From Octopus sinensis (lineage: Eukaryota): DNA of 64,000 bases. Position numbers and translations under genes: made by a program. The stretch covers positions 75,764,001-75,828,000 of the forward strand of contig NC_043006.1 of the NCBI RefSeq assembly GCF_006345805.1. The letters run 5' to 3'. The number at the start of each line of letters is the position of its first letter. Positions within the stretch are counted from its first letter, which is position 1. The notes beneath the pieces are model-generated. The model was given only the letters and a program-made list of their open reading frames with translations. It searched no databases and was not told where the DNA came from. This document shows, one piece after another, positions 12,035 through 25,024 of this stretch.

Positions 12035-12255
12035 TATGTTTGCGTCTCGCCATGTTGGACTGTTTAACTCTACACATTTTCCTCTGTTTTTTTTTTTCAT
12101 TTCCTCTCCATTTTTGTCCTCTTAATTCTTTCTTTTCAAGACCGTACGCTCTCAACGTAAAATACTTTTCCATTCTTCTCGAGCGTTAAATTAATACAAC
12201 TGCTTGTTGTTCCTATACTTGACTTCTTTTCTGAAAATTCGACCGCGTGCATATC

Positions 12256-12290
<35 letters not shown>

Positions 12291-12643
12291 GTGTTACTGA
12301 ACGCTCAGGAAGGAAAGAAAGAACGAGGATTTAACGTTTCGAGCGGAGCTCTTCGTCAGAAACACAGAATAAGGAAAGATCCAAGGAATGGAAGGCGGTG
12401 GAAAAAAATCGCCAACGATATGCACGCGGTCGAATTTTCAGAAAACAAGACCAAGTCAAGTATAGGAACAACAAGCATTTGTATTAATTTAACGCTCGAG
12501 AAGAATGGAAAAGTATTTTACGTTGAGAGCGTACGGTCTTGAAAAGAAAGGATTAAGAGGACAAAAATGGAGAGGAAATGAAAAAAAAAAACAGAGGAAT
12601 ATGTGTAGAGTTAAACAGTCCAACATGGCGAGACGCAAACATA
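12035..12643. repeat. Inverted repeat with ~225-bp arms (12035-12257 / 12415-12643) beside the Penelope remnant
   Basis: The mirror ORFs MEKYFTLRAYGLEKK... at 11973-12173(-) and 12505-12783(+) reflect the inversion; arms are highly similar. Confidence 0.92.
12329..12363 (-). ncRNA. Minimal type I hammerhead ribozyme motif (Penelope pLTR type)
   Basis: RNA GUUU-CUGACGA-A-GAGC(UCC)GCUC-GAA-ACGU-U^AAAU: stem I 4 bp, stem II 4 bp, palindromic stem III. Confidence 0.75.
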
Positions 12644-12679
12644 CACACATACATCCATACATATATATATATATATATA

Positions 12680-12942
12680 TATTAAAATTAATCAAAGGAC
12701 ATACTAAGTATGTCTACATACTAGAAATAGTAGTAAAAACTCTTATTAAATCGCTAAAAGAAACCGGTCCGCGTGAGTCCTAATACTTAGATGTATGTTA
12801 GTAGATGTTCTTAACCTGATTTTGCCATCGTTTGATTTCTGTAGTTTTCATCAGTGTATTCTTTTGGCGATTTGATAAGAGTTTTCACTGTTATTTCTAG
12901 CAGGTTGACATACTTAGTATGTCCTTTGATTAATTTTAATCC
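12680..12942. repeat. Inverted repeat with ~82-bp arms (12680-12762 / 12860-12942)
   Basis: ATTAAAATTAATCAAAGGACATACTAAGTATGTC... matches the reverse complement of ...GACATACTTAGTATGTCCTTTGATTAATTTTAAT. Confidence 0.85.
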
Positions 12943-15004
12943 CTCGGCTATTTAATGCTATTTTTGGGCCTGCTATCGCCTGTGTCATTGATTCTGTTAT
13001 TATCATTTTTAAAATAGTTACATTGGATAATAATAGAATTAATGACACCTTCGTAAATTAATTTATATATATATATATAGGCCATAATTCAGGAATGTAG
13101 TAGATAAAATCCGGGCTACATGTGTTTCATACAGAGCGGCACATCGGATGTAGTAATTATCGAAACGTGGGTTATACCACAAGCTACAGTTCAGGCCCAA
13201 AGGGTATCTTGATTACATGAAGTTTACATTGCCGTTAGGAATTCCTTGTTAACTAACAGAGAATTCGATCTAAATGCGTCAATAATCCAGAATTGTTCCT
13301 GAAAGTTGTCTTTTATATCTTCTACGAATTACTTGTTGCTTACTAATTTCCTACACCTTGATCATGGATCTTAGTTTCATATATACATATATAAAACTTA
13401 CTTGGAAGTGGATGCGTGGTGTTCCATCATATAATAACAAAATAATAAATAAAACATATGTATATATACATACATATATGTACGTACCTACATCTATATG
13501 TATATATACATGCATATATGGGTACAGGACACAAAAAAATCGTCGAATACAATGAGAAACGAAAACATAAAAACAAAACCAAGGAAAACGGACATTTTTT
13601 TAAACAAAGAAAAAACAGAGTACAAGACATACAACACAAGGAAAATTCCCCTTCTTCAGCCGCCTTTTTTCGTCTACTCCGCGCGAGTGTGTGTGTGTGT
13701 GTGTGTATACACATACATACTCACAGATGCACACGCAGATATGAATATACATTACACTACTTCGTTAGCTATCTAAATCTTTTCTCGAATCCCATGAATA
13801 TCACGTTGAATAGGTTATTGATTAAAAGGGAAATTCCAATATGGTTGCGTTTCCAGGTTTGCAAAGAGATACCTTTCGCTGCAGGAAAACTTTAACTTTA
13901 TTATGGGTTTATTATAGAATGTGTAAGGGATAGGATTTTTTTTTAAAAAAGAAGCAAAAAGCCGTTGTATAGAAATATCGACTGCATCACGCCTAATGCA
14001 GTAGATGAGCTATTAGTAACTTACCCGCTGAAGATTACATGGAATGATGCATCTCAGGAGGTTACCAAAAACATGTTTGTGGATAATACAAGTCATTCTA
14101 ATCAATGTTCAATTTATTCATTTATTTATTCATCATCATCATCATTATCATTAACATTTTTTATATTAATATTATTATTATCAATGTCAGAATACAAAAT
14201 GGTGAACACCACGTTATTAGTCACTCCATTAAATTTTCTGCTTCTCAGTAAAATATTAAATGGAAAATAATGTATCAGCCAACATTAAACAAAACAACTT
14301 ATTAGTTAATAAGATTCGCATGTAATAAATACGACTCACTAAAATTAAATGTAAAGAAATCCAATTAAAATATATAGCAAAGCCAAAAACAAAACAAGAC
14401 AAATAATAATAATAATAATAAAGATAACCAAATAACTCAAATACACATATGATAGGAAAGAATTTATTTGTGGTGGCTGCAGTTATGTTTGTCTTCCATA
14501 AATTTCTTAACAGCTATGTTTTAAAAGATTATGTATATATGTTTATTTGGTGATTTTGATAAATTGATCTAAGCAGTAAACACACACAATACTTCGCTAT
14601 GCAAGCGTCAATTCTTAATGTCACGAAAAGTTCTGACATTTAAGATTTACTTCACTCAATTTCTCACGGAGATAATTTCCTAGGAATTTATTTTTCATTA
14701 AAGTTAATAACATAGTAACACATTTATATTGAATTATTCAAAGCTAGTATCGACACAATATACATACTATGTATTAAAAAAACGGAATCTACGCTATATG
14801 CATGTACAGGAATTTATCGCCACACTCACACAGACATATGCACACATTTATATGCTTAGAAAACGCCTCCACAAATTGAGATTCCTTAACTATATACATG
14901 TTTAGAAAACACAGATCCGTTCTCTATATATATACGGAGTAAATACATAAATGTAAAACAAGGTGGTAAAAAGAGTACTCAAATACCGGAGGTAGAGTAA
15001 TATG

Positions 15005-15144
15005 CTTTATTTAAAAGCAGCAGAAATTTAACAAAAGCTGTTACTCGGAGTTCTTGTTACCGTTCGTTAAAAACTGTCCGATAAACGGGAGCGTGAAACT
15101 CCGAGTAACAGCTTTTGTTAAATTTCTGCTGCTTTTAAATAAAG
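15005..15144. repeat. Perfect 48-bp inverted repeat (15005-15052 / 15097-15144) overlapping a variant hammerhead motif at 15074-15111
   Basis: Arms checked base by base; + strand CTGT-CCGATAA-ACG(GGAG)CGT-GAA-ACT(CCG)AGT-A-ACAG. Confidence 0.88.
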
Positions 15145-15329
15145 TATATATATATAATAATAATAATAATATTAGGGAGTATATTATATACAATATATAC
15201 ATTATATATATTAGGATAATTGAAAAGTACCTGGTTTGCATAAAGGAAAATCCTGGAAGATCAGCTAATTATGATTTTATTCAATATATTCCCATCACAG
15301 ATTCATAGATATTGCAGCAGTCCACCAAT

Positions 15330-15755
15330 TTAAGCCCGTAAGAACCTTTTAGTTCTGGTGTAGGGATTTTCTTTTGCTATTTCTGACAAATTGACCTTTC
15401 CTTGTCATATAAGACTTATATCTGTTGTCTTCGTGGACAGCATTTCTGTTTCGTTTGACACATGGAGATCTTTTGCAATTGAACCCATAGACTTTCTGGG
15501 ATCGTAATCAATGGTCTGTTGAATTTGCTGGATAAATTCAGGTGTTCTGATAATTTCAGAGAGTTTAGAATGATTTTTCGCTTTGATACTGGTAATACGT
15601 TTCCCTCTTCATTCTCTAGCTTCCTACAAACTTTGTAGACGAAAGATCTGGGCAACTGTTAAAAATCGAGATATTTCTAAATAGCTATACTCAGCTTTTA
15701 TAAACACAATAACCGCGTGCCTCTTCATTTCTTCAGTAAACTGAGGGACTGCCAT
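15330..15755 (-). mobile_element. Tc1/mariner transposase N-terminal (HTH) remnant, frameshifted
   Basis: Manual translation across frameshifts: MAVPQFTEEMKRHAVIVFIKAEYSYLEISRFLTVARSFVYKVCRKLE...IRTPEFIQQIQQTIDYDPRKSMGSIAKDLHVS...VHEDNRYKSY. Confidence 0.75.
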
Positions 15756-15898
15756 TAATTTCTGAAACAAAGATTATACAGTTAGCAAAAATGCAGCAAC
15801 AAACCCCAGAAGGTACATCCTCAAATACTTTACGCACCTTGTACACACACGCACACACACACAAGCATAAGCATACATACATACACACACACACAGAG

Positions 15899-15930
<32 letters not shown>

Positions 15931-16316
15931 TTATAGATCTCTAATTAATATATATATATATATATATTATTCAAAGGAATTCCAACATTTATATTTTATT
16001 TATATTCTTTATAATATTAAGGTAGAATATAGAATACATAGTATAAATAGTATATATAGTAAAATGGAATGAAGTATTGATTGTCTTATTGAATAGATGA
16101 AATATTGAATATAAAATATTAAGGGACTAGAATACTTTCTTGCATTATAGCAGTCTTCAAGGTCCCAGATTGTGACAGGAGTGCTTCAGCTGTGGTTGAC
16201 TGGCTGTCTATTGTCCTTTATATATACTTTTGTTGGCAGCAATAGTAGTTGTTTGGCTATTTTTAGAAATCGTACAAACCCCTTCACACACACACACTCA
16301 CACACACACACTCACA

Positions 16317-16368
<52 letters not shown>

Positions 16369-16816
16369 TATATGTCAAAATAATTAAGGTGGCCAAACGG
16401 AATGTAAAATCAAAAAGGAAATAATTAACTATCACTAAAAGTGACCAAGCGTGCAGGGAGCACCTGCATTAATAGAAACAAGAGCCATAGGCTCTTTAGC
16501 TACAGAAAGTACATGTCCTGTTTGAAATGCCAGGAGAGAAAAACCTCCCCACCACAAGCTAAGTTCATTAGATTAACATGCGAATTTCATATTGAAATTA
16601 ATACTCATCAGTAGTACTTACTCCATAACATGTAGTGAAACTGAATTTTTACCTGTCAGTATTATAGAAGATACCATAGAAATAAGAGGCTGATTCCGCA
16701 AAATGGTAATGTGAAAATTGTAAAATAATTAAGGTGGCTAAAGGCAATTTAAAGCCAAAATAAAAATAATACACCGTCACTAATATACATACACACACAC
16801 ACACACACACACACAC

Positions 16817-16855
<39 letters not shown>

Positions 16856-17282
16856 TACAAAAACGAAATAGAAACTACACGTGGAAATGTAAGGGGGAAG
16901 TAAGAAGAAAATAAGTGAAAATGCTCATTGGAAATCAAAAAAGTAAAGGCTTTTAATGAAAAATAACGATAGATATCTACAATTAGATGAACTGAGGTAG
17001 GAATAAAAGTAATAAAAGTCATTATTGGGAATTGTTAAAGAGATTTAAAAGTATACCGGTTTTGCAAAATTACTAATCATTGCTTTGAATGCTCAATTAT
17101 TACTGTACGGTGTCAGGTCTAATAGTCCCAGAGTAAAGAGATTATTTGTAAGGGAGGTGAGTATTTCTAGATTTGGTGCAATTAGGGTAGATATCTATCT
17201 GTAATGTGATTGGTGTATGGGATATAAGTGGGTTAGTGGTATTAGTTGCAAGGTTAGTAGTGTTCTGTATTATGTTATGTGT

Positions 17283-17565
17283 TGATATTGAGTTGTGGAA
17301 GATATTTATTGACGAAAGTTGCCTCTTTATTCATTCTTTGTTGTACTGAGGTGTTCTGTGAACATTAATAGAAGGGGAAATTAGGATATTAGGATTAAGA
17401 TTCCTAGCACACCTATGTGTTCACTGACCTGTATCTGTCTGTATTGTGGGTAGCAGATTTGTTCTTTGTGGAGAGTGCTTCTTCTGCGGAGTGATCTTCC
17501 TGATTGGTCAATATAATTATTACCACACCCTAAGCATGTAATAGCATAGATTAGAGTTTCAGTTT
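17283..17565 (-). mobile_element. Degenerate Penelope-like GIY-YIG fragment
   Basis: Manual translation ETLIYAITCLGCGNNYIDQSGRSLRRRSTLHKEQICYPQYRQIQVSEHI...FPFY*...RMNKEATFVNKYLPQLN parallels the 11097 ORF. Confidence 0.85.
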
Positions 17566-17746
17566 TTTTAATAATACCCCTCTCTACTACATATATATAT
17601 GATTTCTATTCTATAATACTCCCTATTTTAATTATCTTACACTATGTAATTCTATTATTCCCCATATATTGTATGACACACATTTTATTCATTAAAAACC
17701 TATACCAAATATTCATATACCTTTCCCTCTTTCTCAATATATATAT

Positions 17747-17791
<45 letters not shown>

Positions 17792-18081
17792 CATATATAT
17801 TGTTGTGGTGAGTGTCACAACAACCTTGCGAGAATAGTGTTGACCGAACGTCCTTGAATGTTAATGGTCTGAATGAGAGACGGAGTAGGTGTTAATTGGA
17901 GGAAGTCGTAAGCTCTTGGTGGTTTGTCGGAATATCGTTTGTTGATTCGTGTATAGTTCGTGGAGAGTTTGTTGAATTTGTACGTTGTTGTTACCTTGCT
18001 TCCTTATATATCTTATTGCTCGTCATATATTGTGGCGATACTATAATAATTGACGACGAGTAACTACTTTACAATACATAC

Positions 18082-18137
<56 letters not shown>

Positions 18138-18156
18138 GTCTGTGTGTGTGTGTGTG

Positions 18157-18425
18157 GAGGCTCAATGGCTCAGTTGTCGTAGGATCGCGGTTTCGATTCC
18201 CAGACCGGGCGTTGTGAGCATTTATTGAGCGCAAACACCTAAAGCTCCACTAGGCTCCGGCAGCGGCTGGTGGAGATCCCTGCTGTACTCTTTCGTGTCA
18301 CTTTCTCTCACTCTTTCTTCTGCTGGCCTGCTCGCATTTTGAAGGCTAAAACAATGCCAAGCGCTTTGTGACCAGCGATGTATATCGCCATCTGATAGCC
18401 TGGTCGGTCACGGTGATCACGGTGA
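18157..18425 (+). mobile_element. SINE type B
   Basis: GGAGGCTCAATGGCTCAG...GGTTTCGATTCCCAGACCGGGCGTTGTGAG...GGTCGGTCACGGTGATCACGGTGAT. Confidence 0.85.
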
Positions 18426-20624
18426 TATATATATATATACGTATATCTTTTACTTGTCTCAGTCATTGGACACCAACCTTTCATTTTATATGTTAACCTC
18501 GGATCACGCCATGATTGGCTTTGCATATCTTCATTTTGTGTTCGATTACATTAAGTATCAATCAAAGACTGGTGATAGTTGAATTGATTCTAGTTTCCTC
18601 AATAACATTTGTGTTTCAACTAACGTTATTGGAAAATACGTAACATTCCACAATGTATATGTGTGCTATGGTTAAAAATGTCAAACAACCGATGATTATA
18701 GTATGCAGTTTCCTGACAGAGCATTTTATAACTGCACTACATTAGCTTATAGTTTGTGGCAGAACTTCTGTATTGCTACTTTATTTTTGTGTTTTCCAAA
18801 AAAATGGACTATGACCAGTTTACCAAATTCAAATACGTGACTTATTTAGGACTAACATTATTGTAGATTTATTATTATCTATATATTTTTTCGCTGATAC
18901 TTCTCGAATTCTAATAATAAATATTCGCATACCCGACCTAAATTCTCTCTGCATGTCAGCTTTAATAGAACAAAGTTTATTTACTGTTTTAAATCTTATT
19001 CAAAACACTTTACTCTAACATTTCAGTAAGCATTTATTTTTGCACTTAATATTAGAACACTTCTTTGCTTTTACAGTAGAAACAATGGTAAGTGGTTTGC
19101 GCTTCACAGAATACATTTTATGTAAACATCTAAAAAGCGATTGTAGCTCAAAATACCACTGCTAGTTTTCATAACAAGCCATGTAGAAATTATTTAAAAT
19201 TTCCTGTTTACTGTTTCATATAAAATGTTTCTTGTGGTGTGATCAATTCTAATACGACTCCTTGCATATTTTCTTTTCTTGTAAAGTTCTCATGTTTTTG
19301 TTACCTACCAAGTAATCTGAGATGCTAGTTGTATACAACCTTGCATCATAAAAAGGTATAATGTATGTATTTATAAAGTAGCACTTTAAGAAGTAATAAA
19401 TGGAAGGCAACATGTAAATGTAACACGCGAAATGTCTTGTGGTTTGAAATTTGTTTCATGGGAATAGAAAGTAGATTGATAAAAATTGAAAATTGTTACA
19501 GTGGCAAATAAAATGAAAAAAATATCCCCATTCAAAACCATATTACTAATTTTTAACGATACAATCAAAGAACTACCGCCTACGGTTTCAAAAAGCGTTA
19601 GTCATCAATAATCAATGAAGATCATATCCAATGACTAATTGTGCCACACTTTGAGAAATGAGGCAGTCACATGGTAGCGGTTAGAGAACAGTAGCTTCAA
19701 CTAATTCCTGCTAAAACTATATATTTTAATGCGCCAGAAACTAGAGAAGTGGCATTATTTCAATGTCGTACATGAGCGTTAACCATTACGATACGATTAG
19801 CTGAGGCAAGGAACTGTCAATCTTGTGCTACATTTTCTTCTGATCTGCAAGACACTGATACTAAGATAGAGTAATGTTTATATCAATCAAGGAATTGCAT
19901 GCATTTTGGACTCACTCTCTAGCTATTACACAATGTCCAGTAACAATATAAAGTCAAGATAATTGGGATTGTGTGAAAATGCTGATTGCCAAATTCCAGA
20001 CACTGTTGTACCACTTAGCGTGCAATGAATCATGGCTTCTATTTCAACCATAACGGTAGGTTATCACCAACTGCAGTTGCTTCCCTTGGCTGCTGCCACC
20101 AGCTAGAAAGCTGTCGCAATGAAGTTACTTACATCTTTATAGACCAATGCACGTGGGTCTGCACTCATGCATGCAGGCACACACGTACGCACACACACTC
20201 ACACAGATTATCACATATAGGTGTATAAGTAAGGCACGTGCGAATTAAGCTATACTCTTGAAAATCAGAAAATGAAGAGCAGAGCGCGCGTTTCAATGTT
20301 TGTAATGGAGTGGTATGTACAAAATACATCGAAAGTTCGGGTGATGTATTTCATACCGGGACAAGTAACACATTTACCACATGAGAACAGCGACGGTGCA
20401 TCTGATTGGTTAAAGAAAATTTCCCATCTATCAAGCCTTACACATAGATTATGTTCACTCTAATACACAGTTGCAACGAAGCTGAAACTATATAGATACT
20501 GCGTTATTGAGCATTAGAATATTAAAACTAATATATATGAAGGATGTTAGGATTGTGATCCTTTATCTACAGCATATATTGTTTCATTCAGTTACATATA
20601 TATACATACATACATAATACATAC

Positions 20625-20694
<70 letters not shown>

Positions 20695-21526
20695 TATACA
20701 TATACTTTCCTAGGATATGGATGTTATTTATTATATAATATAACATGGACGCTATTTATCGAATAATGAAATATTTTACTAATTTAACGTTGCTAAACAG
20801 ACCGATAATATTGACAATGATATAGTAGCATAATCACCTTGAAAACATTATTTTATATTCTATGCTGTTTTTTTTTTTTACATACGCATATTTATATTGC
20901 AAAGTTCAAACATGTTAAAAGTGGAGAAGCCGAGACGGTGCAAAACTTCATTACTCAATGTAAAGTGGTGGATTTAAATTTCTTTATTGGAAAACGATGT
21001 GTTCGTTCCAGGACATTCCATAGTTGTGATACATTGCTTAGTAACTCAAGAAAATTTACTTCATGTGTACATGTATGTATGTATACATATATGTATGTAT
21101 GTGTATATATGTATATATATGCATTATATGTATATATATATATATACAGCAATAAGAAAATGGAGGGGATCAAGAGGTGGTATTCATCAAGTTTTAGACA
21201 TTATATTATGTCTATTTATATATATAAAAAGCAATTATAACGATATACATACATGTATAACATATTAAGCTTTACATATACAAAAATACCAGTAATTATT
21301 AAAATATATATCGTAGAACATAGAAAGCTGATATATATATATATATAATACTTACAATGTTTAACAGAATGATGTAGCGTAAAACGATCGTACCATATTA
21401 CCGAAGATATACTTGTTGCTTATTTTGATTATAATCACCCCATGGATTTATATGAATAACACCGTACAAAATTCTGGTGCATCTAATTTAAGTACCATAT
21501 TCATTTGGATCTAGATTTTGCTGAAC

Positions 21527-21595
<69 letters not shown>

Positions 21596-22005
21596 CAAGC
21601 GCATATCCATAATGATTTGCACAGACCTACACAAGCATTTATATATGCATGCATGCATACATACATACATACATATATACATACATACATAATACATACA
21701 TACATACATGCATACATATATACATACATACATGCGCTTATCCATAGCGAACATTCCAACGCAATGCTCCGGTGTTCAATTAGCTAAAATATTTTATTTG
21801 ACATAAATAAATAACTGTTAGTAAATGGTTATAAATGAAGTAAATATTGGCAGATAAGATAAAACATCAGATGGCCTATGAAGTCTAGTATATGAGGAGC
21901 GCACTAGGAAAATACAGTCACACGTATACGAATTAAGCAGAAAAATACTTACAATAAAAAGTACATACAAGATAGACATATACATACATACATACATACA
22001 TACAC

Positions 22006-22071
<66 letters not shown>

Positions 22072-22439
22072 ATATATATATATAGTCATGTATGTATGCA
22101 TGTATGTATGCATGTATGTATCTTTGTATATGTGTATGTGTATGCGTGTGTGTTTTTATGTATGTATGTATGCATATATGTATAAATATATGTGCGTGTG
22201 TGTTTGTAGGTCATTATTCAGTTTATTTAAAGATTTCTTGCCAATTGAGAAAGAACCGGTTTCTAACATCGATCCACGTCTCCTACATTGGAATTTCAAC
22301 ATCAACAACAGGGTATTTTTGTATGTATGTATGTATGTATGTATGTATGTATGTATGTATGCATAGGGACAGTTTACAAAAAAAAAAAAGACAACAGACG
22401 AAGACAGGTGGTGTACAAAACAAACAGATGTATTAGCAT

Positions 22440-22520
22440 AACGCTCAGGAATAGAAAACGTCTTTTACGTTTCGAACCTACGCTCATCTACAGAAAGGGA
22501 CACAGAAAAAAACAAGGAGA
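22440..22520 (-). mobile_element. Short Penelope-pLTR-type repeat with a mutated hammerhead motif (22462-22497); related copies at about 7378-7500 and 12298-12415
   Basis: Shared ACGCTCAGGAA..GAAA...TTACGTTTCGA..C...CAGAAA; core reads CUGUAGA-U (A6U). Confidence 0.6.
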
Positions 22521-22624
22521 GAAACAAGTAGTATGTGGATGTATGCATGTATGAGCAGATTTGTATGTTTTATGTATCTATTCTCATGTATATAGTTGCA
22601 TATCTAGACATGTTCATATATATT

Positions 22625-23090
22625 TGAATGATAAGCTTCTGGAAAGTTTTACAGTGATGGATTAGATCTTTAGTCTTCGAATTAGCTTTCTCCTTTCTGG
22701 TTTTGAGAAGCCTAATTTCTCAACTTTGGTATTTAGGTAATATGCTACATATCCCAGGGCCCCTTCAATTACAGGTATAAACCTGAACTAGTAATCTGGA
22801 TAGAGTAACTGCAGATTTATGAATAGTTCAGCATAAGTGTTCTCTTTTTGACTGATCTTCAGCTTTACGTTAACATCTGCCGGGCAGCTAATATCCACAA
22901 CTCTGCAGTTTCCCTTCTCTACCCCAAATCATTATATCAGGTCTGTTGTGCTTACATTTTATTGTGGTCTTCACTGGTACATTCCACATTATTATTATTG
23001 GTGTATTATTATGAGTGGCTATGGATTCTACCATATTGTGGGTTCTTATTTCTTTGTCATTGGGATATCCTTCTGACGGATCTCCTTATA
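22625..23090 (-). mobile_element. 3' fragment of an RLE-type (R4/Dong-like) non-LTR retrotransposon
   Basis: Manual translation MWNVPVKTTIKCKHNRPDIMIW...CRVVDISCPADVNVKLKISQKENTY...FIPVIEGALGYV shows the PD..D..K endonuclease motifs. Confidence 0.75.
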
Positions 23091-23161
23091 GAGAGTCCTA
23101 TGTATGTATGTATGTATGTATGTATGTATGTATGTATGTATGTATTATGTATATACAAGAA

Positions 23162-23381
23162 AGCATATGACTTACTGGTTAGGGCGTTGCACTCACGATT
23201 GAAGAATCATGGTTTTAATCCCTAGACTGGATGGTGCGCTGTGTTTTTCAGCAAAACAGTTCATCTAACGTTCATCTGTGATCACATCGACAACTGAAGT
23301 ATGGAACACCGTGCACCTGCACAAGCAACGTCGATTTGATGAAGAGGAGTCAGCTAATGTGACAACAGAAACATTTGATCA
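23162..23381 (+). mobile_element. SINE type E, diverged
   Basis: Homologous to the reverse complement of 10080-10305 (CACCGTGCACCTG...CAACGTCGATTTGATG). Confidence 0.7.
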
Positions 23382-23707
23382 GTACAAAGAGAAAATATTG
23401 GGCAGATAGTTCAGCAAAAATTTGTAAAACAGTCATTTTCGGACTATGAAAGTATACCATTACATGTATGCATATTATAAGTATGCATGTATGATGATTT
23501 TATTACAACCACAAGTGTATAAGCATGTATGAATGACTGTCCTTACACAGCACGGACGTGACTGTTTGCCCGAAACGGACTCATTGGGCATCAGAAAGCC
23601 TGCATTAAATGTGGACGTCCCCCTTCTTAAATCTTTGCTCGCGAATCCAAGCCAAGAAAAAATTATTGTACGTAATGTATACGTAAGTTTGGGACTATAA
23701 AGCTCTA

Positions 23708-23710
23708 TCC

Positions 23711-23795
<85 letters not shown>

Positions 23796-23818
23796 ACTGT
23801 CTGTCTGTCTGTCTTTCG

Positions 23819-23851
<33 letters not shown>
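23708..23851. repeat. (TCTA)n, (TCTG)n and (TA)n microsatellites
   Basis: Seen directly. Confidence 0.97.
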
Positions 23852-23852
<1 letters not shown>

Positions 23853-24037
23853 TAAGCAATAAAGGGTTTAGCAACGAATTGCCTTACCACATACCGAATT
23901 TAGAAATAGCAGTCAAAGAGTTATAGCTATTTCTTCTACTAAAAAGGGAGATCTCAGTAAAAACAGCAATTGGAAGGCAGACACAAACAGGTAAGAGAGA
24001 ATGAATTGACGGCAATCTATCATACAATTTTAAGTTA

Positions 24038-24137
24038 TCTACGGACGCACGTTTCGAAATCAAGTTTTTAGGAAAGCATAAGAATTAAATATTAAATAAT
24101 TCTACCTTACCAAAACTTCTTTTCTCTTCAGCGTAGA
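24038..24137 (-). ncRNA. Type I hammerhead ribozyme motif with canonical core and extended stem II
   Basis: RNA UCUACG-CUGAAGA-GAAA...(long imperfect hairpin)...UUUC-GAA-ACG(UG)CGU-C^CGUAGA; 6-bp stem I and GUC triplet. Confidence 0.75.
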
Positions 24138-24477
24138 ATACTATAATCATAAATGATTATATATTGAATTTTGAGATACTAGAAGGCACCAACTCAACTC
24201 AGTATCAGAGCGAGCTAGAATCCGCAACTAGTATCACCAAATTCAATGTGTGAATGAAAAGATTGTGTCACCAGCCCCTTCCCACCCGCGTATAGCCAAA
24301 ACAAGATGCTGTGGTCATCTACTGAGATAAGATATGGTTATCCGTAATAATGAATATATATATATATTTCGCCTGGTTTCGTTCAGTTTCTGTCTAGCAA
24401 ATTCTCCGATAAGCCTCTGTTTTGCTCGGAGGAAAAGTGGCACACACACACTTACAAACGCACAAACACACGCACAC

Positions 24478-24544
<67 letters not shown>

Positions 24545-24774
24545 ACACATACACACAGAGATCTTTATAAAGTTTATTATCATAAACATAACAACAATTT
24601 TAGTTGCATATTTCAGAGAATACATCTGACCGATCTTTGACCAATACTCCGTCACATTACCCTCGATCCCTCATATCATACTGTAAGAAGGCCGCCACTA
24701 CTACATGAGATTTTGCAAGAATTAACGTTGTTGATGAGTGAATATGGCTTTAGTTTTGCAAGTGTAGTATCTCA

Positions 24775-25024
24775 GGTTCCTGCGCAAGACACTTTATTTC
24801 ACGTTGCTTCAGTTCACTCAGCTGTAATGAGTTGCGACGTCACTGGTGCCAAGTTGTAATCGGCCCTTACCTTTCCCTTGGATAACATCGGTTGTGCGGA
24901 GAAGGGAGGCTGGTATGTATGGGCAACTGCTGGCCTTCCATAAACAAACTTGCCCGGACTTGTGCCTTGGAGGTAAACTCTCTAGGTGTTATCCCATGGT
25001 CATTCATGACTGAAGCGGGTCTTT
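24775..25024 (+). mobile_element. SINE type D, head degraded
   Basis: GCAAGACACTTTATTTCACGTTGCTTCAGTTCACTCAGCTG...GGTGCCAAG...CTTGCCCGGACTTGTGCC matches 56445-56771. Confidence 0.8.
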
